Assembly (NCBI GenBank): GCA_046484135.1
Contig: JAWOBU010000106.1
Coordinates: 1-15,226 of the forward strand
DNA: 15,226 bases
Direction of reading: 5' to 3'
Source of the DNA: a bacterium
GTDB taxonomy: Bacteria > RBG-13-61-14 > DATKZS01
Shown here piece after piece: positions 8,548 to 15,226 of the stretch (positions are counted from its first letter, which is position 1; the number at the start of each line of letters is the position of its first letter). The notes below the pieces were generated by a model. The model worked only from the letters and a program-made list of their open reading frames with translations. It had not been told where the DNA came from and searched no databases. The translations under genes and the position numbers were made by a program.

Positions 8548-11382
8548 ATGGATAAGATCGTGGGTATTGATCTGGGGACCTCGACCAGTGTGCTCTCCGC
8601 GGTGGTGGACGGCGAGCCGATGGTGGTCCCGGACAGCAGGGGCAACCGGGTAACGCCTTCTTACATCCACATCATGGAGGGAGGAAAGATTCTGGTGGGC
8701 CCCCAGGCCAAGGCCGAGGTCATAAGCGATCCTTACAGCACCATCTGGGCGACCAAGCGGCTCCTGGGAAGGAAGTACAACGACCCGCGCATCCAGGAGG
8801 CCAAGAAGAACTTAAGTTACAAGATCCAGCGGGACGAGGAAGGCAACATCCTGGTTACCGGCCGCGACCGCCATCTCACGCCGGTCGAGGTCGGCGCCAT
8901 CATATTGAAGTATCTTACCAGGATCGGCAAGAAGTCTTTGGGACACGACATAAAGAAAGCAGTGCTTACCGTTCCCGCCTATTTTACCGACCCCCAGAGA
9001 AAGGCGACCCGCGAGTGCGGGACCATGATAGGACTGGAGGTGGTAAGGCTCATTAACGAACCGACCGCTGCGGCTCTCGCCTATGGATACGAAAACGACA
9101 CCGAACAGACGGTGGCCGTCTACGACCTGGGAGGCGGGACCTTCGACCTTTCCATCCTGTCCATCGGCCAGGGGGTGTTCGAGGTCGTGGCCACCGCGGG
9201 CGACTCCTACCTGGGAGGCGAGGATTTTGACAACCGGCTGGTGGACTATCTGGTAAAGGACTTCCAGGAAAAATACAAGATCAACATCTACAACGATAAG
9301 ATGGCCCACCAGCGGGTCAAGGACGCTGCCGAACGGTCCAAGATCGCCCTGTCCAGAAAAAGCGAGGTCGAGATAAACCTGCCCGGCATCTGCCCGGACG
9401 TAAACCGCTGGGCGGGAGTGGAAGCGGTCATCACCGCGGAGCAGTACGAGGGCATGGTGGAAGACCTGGTGGACCGGACCACCGAGATATTCGGAAAGCT
9501 CCTCCAGGACGTGAGCATGGACTTAAACGACATTGACAACGTCATCATGGTCGGAGGAATGACCAGGATGCCCTTGGTCAAAAGAAAGACCGCGGAGTTT
9601 ATAGGACGCGAGCCCGACACCTCCATGAACCCGGACGAGGCAGTAGCAGTGGGAGCGGCCATCCACGCCGCCGGCCTGGCAGGAGAAAAACTGGTTAAAA
9701 AGAAACCGCCCCGCGCGGCGGTCACCCCTACAGCGGAACCACCGAGGCCCGGAGCGGAGCCGGCCCGCACGGGCGTGTCCGACCAGGAAAAGACCATGCC
9801 CGGCGTTCCCGGTCTCGGCACCATGGAAGAGGTCACCGAGGACACCGAAAGAATGGAAAAGACCTCGCCCGGAGAGCCCGGCCGGGAAACGCTCCAGGAA
9901 GCTACTCCCGAAGAACAGGCTCCGCAAGCGCCTCCACCTGCGGAAGAAGCGCCGCCGGCAGGGGCGGATGAGTTTTTTCCCATGGACAGGGACCGGCAGG
10001 AACAGACCCAGCCGCAAGCTCCCCCCCAAGAGGCGGTGGAACCCGAGCCTTATGAAGCCGCACCCGCGGATGAGACCGCAGAGGAGCCGGAAGAGTGGAT
10101 GGAGGCAGTGGCCGAGGAAGAGGCGGATGAAAAAGAAATGGAGGCGCCCGCCGGTTTGGGCGACTACTCACCCGGCCGGGAGGCCCTGGACGAGTTCTTT
10201 GCCGGAGGAGAAGAGGCTGACCTGCCTGCGGACACCGACGCGGTGCCTTTGGATGAAGCGGCCGAAGCACATGAAAAGGCCGTGGAGATGGGTCCGGCCG
10301 AGGATGCTCTTAAATCATTTGAAGAAAAGGCCGCGGCTTCCCCCTCGGGCTCCGGGAGCTTCCAGGACATTGTTGAGGTCGCAACTCCCCGCCGGGACCA
10401 GCCTGAAGCGGGCGACGAACACCCGGTTTCGGCCGGGCCGATCATTCGCGATTATGAAGAGCAAGCCGAGGACCTGCCTGCGGACCGGGAAGCAGAGCCG
10501 ATAGAGGCAATGCCGGAAGAGGCGCCGGAGGAGGCTTCACCCGCACCGCCGGAGGAAGAGCAACTGCCGGTGGATGCAGAGGCCCCGCAGGAAGCACCGC
10601 CCGAGGCGGAAGCCGAACCCGTCGAGGCTGACCAGGCCGAGCCGGTTTCCATGGAGCCGGCCGAGGATGAGCCGGAAGCCGCAGAGCCCGGCGCAGACCA
10701 GCTTCCGGCGGACCCGGCCCGGATGCAGGAGTTCGGTTCCCCGGAAGAACCTGTGGAGGCCGAACCCGCGGCAACAGAGGCCGGGCCGGAAAAGACGGAG
10801 TCGGAAGAAGCACACCCTGATGCGGCCCTCTTTCCGCAGGATGCGTCCGCACCGTTTGAAGCTTCTACTTCCGAGGCCCCGGAAAGCGATCTTGAAGCCG
10901 GAACCGAAAAAGCCGCGGCCGCGGACACGGCCCCTTCGGAGACTGGAGCGGCGCCGGAAGAGCCGGCACCGCCCGAGTCTTCGCCTGCTCCGTCGGCTCC
11001 TGTGCCGCAGGCAGACGAGGGGGAAGAGGAAACCTACCAGGCCCCGGTTCTCTTGGACGTGCTTTCCCAGAGCGTAGGACTCGCCCATTTCGGAGGCCTT
11101 TACGTGCCCTTAATTAAGCGGTTTGCCAAGCTTCCCGCCCGGGCCAGCCAGGTCTTTACCACCTGCACGGACAACCAGAAGCGGATCAAGATAACGGTGA
11201 TGCAAGGAGACGGCATCCAAACAGGAAGAGTTCGTTCTGGGCGACATCAGCATCAAACTGATCCGGGCATTGGGCAAAACCGCAGTGCTGGTGGTGAAAA
11301 CCGGCTGATGAGTGTCCGCTGCCCATCCCCGGGTATCGCAAAATCCGATAATTGTGCCGCAGGGAGGAGTTATGGCGTCTGA
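8548..11382 (+). CDS. Hsp70/DnaK-family protein with a ~450-aa acidic low-complexity insertion; Hsp70-like sequence ends near 11210 and the remainder is probably read-through into unrelated DNA
   Basis: Intact NBD motifs ([63 protein letters not shown]). E/P/A-rich segment at about aa 385-830, then PVLLDVLSQSVGL...FTTCTDNQKRIKITVMQG (linker plus the first part of SBD-beta). Residues after QG are not Hsp70-like. Confidence 0.85.
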   Translation: MDKIVGIDLGTSTSVLSAVVDGEPMVVPDSRGNRVTPSYIHIMEGGKILVGPQAKAEVISDPYSTIWATKRLLGRKYNDPRIQEAKKNLSYKIQRDEEGNILVTGRDRHLTPVEVGAIILKYLTRIGKKSLGHDIKKAVLTVPAYFTDPQRKATRECGTMIGLEVVRLINEPTAAALAYGYENDTEQTVAVYDLGGGTFDLSILSIGQGVFEVVATAGDSYLGGEDFDNRLVDYLVKDFQEKYKINIYNDKMAHQRVKDAAERSKIALSRKSEVEINLPGICPDVNRWAGVEAVITAEQYEGMVEDLVDRTTEIFGKLLQDVSMDLNDIDNVIMVGGMTRMPLVKRKTAEFIGREPDTSMNPDEAVAVGAAIHAAGLAGEKLVKKKPPRAAVTPTAEPPRPGAEPARTGVSDQEKTMPGVPGLGTMEEVTEDTERMEKTSPGEPGRETLQEATPEEQAPQAPPPAEEAPPAGADEFFPMDRDRQEQTQPQAPPQEAVEPEPYEAAPADETAEEPEEWMEAVAEEEADEKEMEAPAGLGDYSPGREALDEFFAGGEEADLPADTDAVPLDEAAEAHEKAVEMGPAEDALKSFEEKAAASPSGSGSFQDIVEVATPRRDQPEAGDEHPVSAGPIIRDYEEQAEDLPADREAEPIEAMPEEAPEEASPAPPEEEQLPVDAEAPQEAPPEAEAEPVEADQAEPVSMEPAEDEPEAAEPGADQLPADPARMQEFGSPEEPVEAEPAATEAGPEKTESEEAHPDAALFPQDASAPFEASTSEAPESDLEAGTEKAAAADTAPSETGAAPEEPAPPESSPAPSAPVPQADEGEEETYQAPVLLDVLSQSVGLAHFGGLYVPLIKRFAKLPARASQVFTTCTDNQKRIKITVMQGDGIQTGRVRSGRHQHQTDPGIGQNRSAGGENRLMSVRCPSPGIAKSDNCAAGRSYGV
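10219..10485 (+). repeat. Exact 15-nt direct repeat encoding DLPAD inside the acidic insertion
   Basis: GACCTGCCTGCGGAC at 10219-10233 and 10471-10485; related QLPVD and QLPAD occur downstream. Confidence 0.7.
11213..11308 (+). pseudogene. Orphan 3' fragment of a probable universal stress protein (USP) gene
   Basis: A frame shifted by one base from the Hsp70 ORF reads ASKQEEFVLGDISIKLIRALGKTAVLVVKTG-stop, resembling the USP C-terminal signature (S..EEF.LGS.S.K.....VLVV). It has no start or N-terminal part. Confidence 0.6.
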
Positions 11383-11704
11383 TTGCCTGTTTTGCAAGAT
11401 TGCAAACAAAGAAATGGATACGGAATTGTTGATGGAAACCGATGACCTGGTGGTGTTTAAAGACATCAACCCCCTGGCGCCGGTGCATCTGCTGTTTGTG
11501 CCAAAGCGTCATATTCGCAGCATCAACGACCTGGAAGAGACCGATGCCCCGATTCTTTCGGAGCTGATTTTTGCCGCCAGGGACATGGCCGCCAAAACCG
11601 GGGTGAGCACCACCGGGTACAGACTGTTTTTCAATGTGGAAAAGGGCGGAGGCCAGGAAATTTTTCATCTGCATATGCACATGATCGGGGGGTGGGAATC
11701 ATAG
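11372..11704 (+). CDS. Histidine triad (HIT/HinT-family) nucleotide-binding protein
   Basis: DCLFCKI, FKDINPLAPVHLLFVPKRH, GQEIFHLHMHMIGG (HxHxH). ATG 11372 follows GGAGG; the ORF track start at 11312 is probably too long. Confidence 0.95.
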   Translation: MASDCLFCKIANKEMDTELLMETDDLVVFKDINPLAPVHLLFVPKRHIRSINDLEETDAPILSELIFAARDMAAKTGVSTTGYRLFFNVEKGGGQEIFHLHMHMIGGWES

Positions 11705-13003
11705 ATGCCGGAAAATACAGGTAAAACAGCAGCAGAAAAGATATTCGACGCTCACCGGGTCGACAACCCGGCCGGGGATATGGTTGTGCTGGGCATGGAT
11801 GCGGTATTCTGCCATGAAATCACCACGCCGGTGGCCATCAACGACCTGATTGCCAGGGGAAAGGACCGGGTTTTTGACCCCTCGCGCATCATGGCGGTCA
11901 TTGATCATGTGACCCCGGCCAAGGACTCCAAAACCGCCATGCAGGGAAAGATCATGCGGGACTGGGCCCTGCGCCATCATATCGAGCATTTTTTCGATAT
12001 CGGCAGAAACGGTGTCTGTCACGCCCTGTTTCCGGAAAAAGGATTTGTCCGGCCCGGCTATACCATTATCATGGGCGATTCGCACACCTGCACCCACGGT
12101 GCATTCGGCGCATTTGCCGCCGGCGTGGGCACCACCGACCTGGAGGTGGGGATCTTAAACGGGGTCTGTGCGTTTCGCTATCCCGATTCCATTAAAATTG
12201 AGATCACCGGTGAGCTGGCAAACGGGGTGTTTGCCAAGGATGTGATTCTGCATATCATCGGCCAAATCGGGGTTAACGGGGCCACTGACTGTGTCATTGA
12301 GTTTGCCGGTCCGGTGGTGGCGGCCATGAGCATGGAGGCGCGCATGACCCTGTGCAACATGGCCGTTGAAGCCGGGGCCACCTGCGGCATTTGCTATCCG
12401 GACATGACCACCGTGGAATACCTCTGGCCTTTTATCCGCACAGAGTATGACTCCCGGCAAGCTGCGCTGGAAGATTATCGCAGGTGGCAACCGGATCAAG
12501 ACGCTGTTTACCAGCAGGTGCTGCAATTTGATGTCACGGATCTGCCCCCGCAGCTCACCTACGGCTACAAGCCGGACAAAGTGTGCCCGGTTTCGGAAAT
12601 GCAGGGCACTGCCGTGGATCAAATCTATATCGGTTCGTGCACCAACGGCCGGATAGAGGATCTGCGGGTGGCCGCCCGGGTGCTTTCGGGACAGCGGATC
12701 AACGATTCGGTCCGGGGCATTGTCTCCCCGGCCACCCCGGAAATCTATCAAAAGGCCCTGGATGAAGGTATTATCAAAACCTTCATGGATGCCGGCTTCT
12801 GCGTGGCCAACCCCACTTGCGGCGCCTGCCTGGGCATGAGCTGCGGGGTGATCGCAGAAGGGGAGGTCTGCGCCTCCACCACCAACCGCAATTTCTACGG
12901 CCGCATGGGAAAAGGCGGCATGGTGCATTTGATGAGCCCGGCCACTGCCGCGGCCACTGCCCTTGCCGGCCATATTACCAATTCGGCACTTTACGGAACC
13001 TAA
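11705..13003 (+). CDS. leuC: 3-isopropylmalate dehydratase large subunit (LeuC/HacA-type aconitase family)
   Basis: HEIT, DH, GVCH, GDSHTCTHGAFG, IGSCTNGR, CGACLG ([4Fe-4S] ligands), STTNRNF.GRMG, LMSPATAAATA. The ATG directly follows the HIT stop (TAGATG). Confidence 0.9.
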   Translation: MPENTGKTAAEKIFDAHRVDNPAGDMVVLGMDAVFCHEITTPVAINDLIARGKDRVFDPSRIMAVIDHVTPAKDSKTAMQGKIMRDWALRHHIEHFFDIGRNGVCHALFPEKGFVRPGYTIIMGDSHTCTHGAFGAFAAGVGTTDLEVGILNGVCAFRYPDSIKIEITGELANGVFAKDVILHIIGQIGVNGATDCVIEFAGPVVAAMSMEARMTLCNMAVEAGATCGICYPDMTTVEYLWPFIRTEYDSRQAALEDYRRWQPDQDAVYQQVLQFDVTDLPPQLTYGYKPDKVCPVSEMQGTAVDQIYIGSCTNGRIEDLRVAARVLSGQRINDSVRGIVSPATPEIYQKALDEGIIKTFMDAGFCVANPTCGACLGMSCGVIAEGEVCASTTNRNFYGRMGKGGMVHLMSPATAAATALAGHITNSALYGT

Positions 13004-13027
13004 AAATCACCAGCGAGGCCAATGCAT

Positions 13028-13564
13028 ATGCATACGTTCGGCGGCAAAACCCTGTTTCTGGACCGGTCGGATATCAATACAGACGAAATTATTCCTGCCA
13101 AGTATTTAACCGAAATCTCCAAGGAGGCACTGCAGCCCTACCTGCTCGAGGATTTGAACCTCGAAGGCTTTGATCCGGCAAAAGACATTGCCGGCTGCCG
13201 GGTGATCGTGACCCGGGCCAACTTCGGCTGCGGCTCTTCGCGGGAGCATGCCCCCTGGGCTTTGGAGGTCAACGGCATCCATATGGTGATTGCGGAAAGT
13301 TTTGCCCGGATTTTCCGGCAGAACATGTTTAACTGCGGCATGCTGGCCATCGATCTGCCCGAAGAAACCATTGACCGGTTTTTTACCGAATTTGCCGGTT
13401 CGGACACGGAAATTTATGCAGACCTGGAGATAGGCGAGCTGATCGTGGAAAAACAAGGCCAACAGACAAGGATCGCCTTTTCCGTGTCTGAGTTTGACCG
13501 GGCCCTGGTGGCTGCCGGCGGATGGGTGGAGTATGCGGATGCCAGATACGGGACCGGATCATGA
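13028..13564 (+). CDS. leuD: 3-isopropylmalate dehydratase small subunit
   Basis: DINTDEIIPAKYL, NFGCGSSREHAPWAL, IAESFARIFRQNMFNCG. ATG 13028 is better spaced from GAGG (13015-13018) than ATG 13022. Confidence 0.92.
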   Translation: MHTFGGKTLFLDRSDINTDEIIPAKYLTEISKEALQPYLLEDLNLEGFDPAKDIAGCRVIVTRANFGCGSSREHAPWALEVNGIHMVIAESFARIFRQNMFNCGMLAIDLPEETIDRFFTEFAGSDTEIYADLEIGELIVEKQGQQTRIAFSVSEFDRALVAAGGWVEYADARYGTGS

Positions 13565-13824
13565 AAAGTTTTGAAGAACTGTTTTGGCTATTGCAGCAAA
13601 AGAAGATAACCGCGGACCCGGATTCGGGCACCGTGGCCCGCCTGATCCAGGGGCCCCACGAGATCGGGAAGAAACTGGTGGAGGAAGCCGGCGAGGTCTG
13701 GATGGCGGCCCGGTACGAAAGTCGGCAGCAGACCGCAGAGGAAATCGCCCAGCTGCTGTATCACACCCAGGTCATGATGCTGGCCTGTGATTTGAGCCTT
13801 GAGGATATTTACCAGCATCTTTGA
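13561..13824 (+). CDS. hisE: Phosphoribosyl-ATP pyrophosphohydrolase, monofunctional, 87 aa
   Basis: MKSFEELF...DSGTV...GKKLVEEAGEVWMAA.YES....AEEIAQLLYHTQVMM...LSLEDIYQHL. ATGA overlap with the leuD stop. Confidence 0.9.
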   Translation: MKSFEELFWLLQQKKITADPDSGTVARLIQGPHEIGKKLVEEAGEVWMAARYESRQQTAEEIAQLLYHTQVMMLACDLSLEDIYQHL

Positions 13825-13862
13825 AGCCTTAGGATAGTACGCTGCATTTTTAAAAATTGCGC

Positions 13863-13907
13863 AAGCCTTGATCCTGGATTTTTTACAAAGGCTTCTGATC
13901 AAGGCTT
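13863..13907. repeat. Perfect 11-bp inverted repeat with a 23-nt spacer downstream of hisE
   Basis: AAGCCTTGATC (13863-13873) and GATCAAGGCTT (13897-13907). Confidence 0.55.
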
Positions 13908-13957
13908 CCTTTCTGAAAAACATCGAACAAAAGCTTTTTACGAGCCTGTCATGTTTG

Positions 13958-13998
13958 AAAAAAACAGGCGGTCCGGATATATCCGGTGCCGCCTGTTT
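13958..13998 (-). terminator. Rho-independent terminator of the hsp20 pair, possibly bidirectional
   Basis: AAAAAAA-CAGGCGG-TCCGGATATATCCGG-TG-CCGCCTG-TTT: a long GC stem followed on the minus strand by a 7-U run, between convergent hisE and hsp20. Confidence 0.8.
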
Positions 13999-14024
13999 GC
14001 ATTTGGGTGCAAAGATACTGTGTT

Positions 14025-14435
14025 TTAGTTGTTCTTGATTTCAATTTTTCTGGGTTTTGCCGCTTCGGCCTTTGGCAGCACCAGGGTGAGGACCCCGTCT
14101 TTTAGCTGGGCATCGATTTTTTCCTGGTCCACCAGCTCCGGCAGGGTGAACTGCCGGTAATACTGGCCTGTTTCATATTCCACCAGGATATCGGTTTCGT
14201 CCGCGTTTTCAAATGGCTTGATTTCTCCGGTCAGTGTCAGGGTGTTTTCCCGTACGTCAATATTGATATCATCAGTGGCCACCCCCGGCATGTCGGCCAT
14301 AAGGGTGATGCCGTTTTCGTTTTCAAAAATATCCACTGCCGGGATAAAGACCGGGCCCGGGCGGGTCTGCTCGGCGCCTGCGACTTCCTGTTTTCCTTTA
14401 ACCTGCATATCCCTGCTCTGTGCTTCATTTGTCAT
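14025..14435 (-). CDS. Small heat shock protein (Hsp20/alpha-crystallin family)
   Basis: PAVDIFE...ADMPGV...LTLTG...YYRQFTLPELVDQEKIDAQLKDGVLTLVLPK...PRKIEI (IxI motif). AGGAGG RBS. Confidence 0.95.
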   Translation of the reverse strand: MTNEAQSRDMQVKGKQEVAGAEQTRPGPVFIPAVDIFENENGITLMADMPGVATDDINIDVRENTLTLTGEIKPFENADETDILVEYETGQYYRQFTLPELVDQEKIDAQLKDGVLTLVLPKAEAAKPRKIEIKNN

Positions 14436-14472
14436 ATCACATCCTCCTTTCGGAAAAGATCGGACGATTGTT

Positions 14473-14928
14473 TTATCCCTTGATCTGAATCTGTTTGGGC
14501 CTGGCTTTTTCAGATTTGGGAATGGTCAATGTCAGCACACCGTTGGTGAGCTGCGCTTCGATTTTCTCCCGATCGATGTCGCCCGGAAGACTCAATGCCC
14601 TGGAAAACCGGCCGGCTTCGCGTTCCCTTCGGTGGTACTGGGCATTGGGATCGGGTTCGATGGTGCGCTGCCCGGAAATGGTGATGTTTCTGCCGGTGGC
14701 CTGGATGTCGAGATCCTCTGCATTTACACCGGGCAACTCCGCGCGCAGGATATAGTTTTCTTTGGTCTCGGTGAGGTTGACCAGGGGAAATACGCCCGCC
14801 TGGGGAATCCGATAGCCGGCATCGGCCTGGCCCAGCACCTGGTCAAGATATCTGCGCACCCGGTCCATTTCCTCGAAGGGATTTCTCCAACCAAAATCCG
14901 GAAAATCAAGAAATCTTCTGGTGATCAT
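14473..14928 (-). CDS. Small heat shock protein (Hsp20/alpha-crystallin family)
   Basis: FPLVNL.E....ILRAELPGV...HRRER.AGRFSRALSLP...IEAQLTNGVLTLTIPK...PKQIQI. Start set at ATG 14928, which follows AGGAGGG. Confidence 0.95.
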   Translation of the reverse strand: MITRRFLDFPDFGWRNPFEEMDRVRRYLDQVLGQADAGYRIPQAGVFPLVNLTETKENYILRAELPGVNAEDLDIQATGRNITISGQRTIEPDPNAQYHRREREAGRFSRALSLPGDIDREKIEAQLTNGVLTLTIPKSEKARPKQIQIKG

Positions 14929-15035
14929 GGCACTTCCCTCCTTTTTTTCATGCATGTTTTTTCAGGCAATAACCCAGCATCCCTGCTAAATGCAGGTATT
15001 TATCCATATATATCAGTATGTTGTCCTATAGCCGG

Positions 15036-15063
15036 ATAATAATCACAAACTTTGCGGTGTCAA
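15036..15063 (-). promoter_or_regulatory. Putative sigma70-type promoter of the hsp20 pair
   Basis: Minus strand TTGACA (15063-15058)-N16-TATTAT (15041-15036), about 100 nt upstream of the start codon. Confidence 0.55.
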
Positions 15064-15226
15064 GACAGGCCAATGCATTTTTCTGTTATAGGAAGGAAAA
15101 TCACTTTACAAAACTTAACGTTTACGTTACTTTTTAAAAACAGATTTTACTTTTATGATCATTGTATTGTTGCATCCGTTTCCCCGGCGCCCGGGTCCCG
15201 GGCGGGCGAGGCATCCTGCCACTGAC

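Noticed and set aside
9288..11088. Several Ser/Gly/Ala- or Arg-rich alternative-frame and antisense ORFs
   Set aside because: They are shadows of the low-complexity E/P/A coding sequence and show no domains.
11211..11260. EEFVLGDI read as a frameshifted continuation of the Hsp70 SBD (compare GEFRLADI in the first paralog)
   Set aside because: Spacing from QG is too short, the following PAP.G.P.I.V.F.ID motif is absent, and the frame ends AVLVVKTG-stop, which fits a USP C-terminus better.
6235..14928. A single heat-shock island linking the Hsp70s, J protein, USP fragment and Hsp20s
   Set aside because: The probable junction at ~11210 separates them, metabolic genes intervene, and orientations differ.
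12155..15039. Long antisense ORFs over leuC (12155-12973) and the hsp20 pair (14218-15039)
   Set aside because: They overlap well-supported genes on the opposite strand and have no recognisable domains.
14929..15063. CIRCE, HAIR or ROSE element upstream of the hsp20 pair
   Set aside because: Only a TGCTAA fragment and a small CCTGC-ATTTA-GCAGG hairpin are present; no paired consensus and no visible stem hiding the RBS.
15105..15226. Plus-strand TTTACA-N17-TACTTT promoter-like match and a GCCCGGG-T-CCCGGGC palindrome at the right edge
   Set aside because: No downstream gene is visible to anchor them, and such matches are expected by chance.

Overview
GC-rich bacterial window that looks deltaproteobacterial (inference) and appears to be two segments joined near 11210. 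Left segment (1-~11210): a partial secreted thioredoxin-fold gene (-), divergent from a gene fusing a class II-type cyclic-nucleotide phosphodiesterase (MBL fold) to a CRP/FNR module (+), with an 18-bp inverted-repeat element between them; a co-oriented minus-strand run of Tat-signal sulfatase, glnS and nikR; then a non-canonical Hsp70 module made of a lid-less DnaK-like protein, a small J-domain protein and a second DnaK-like protein with about 450 aa of acidic, Pro/Ala-rich sequence inserted between its ATPase domain and its interdomain linker. That second Hsp70 breaks off inside its substrate-binding domain at ~11210 and abuts what reads as the C-terminus of a universal stress protein in another frame; codon usage also shifts there, so an assembly or contig junction is likely. 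Right segment: HIT protein, leuC, leuD and an actinobacterial-looking hisE (+), an intrinsic terminator, and two tandem Hsp20 genes (-). No rRNA, tRNA, CRISPR array or transposase was seen. The best novelty candidates are the tethered Hsp70/J/lid-less Hsp70 module and the PDE-CRP fusion. All family calls come from motif recognition by eye; no database searches were run.
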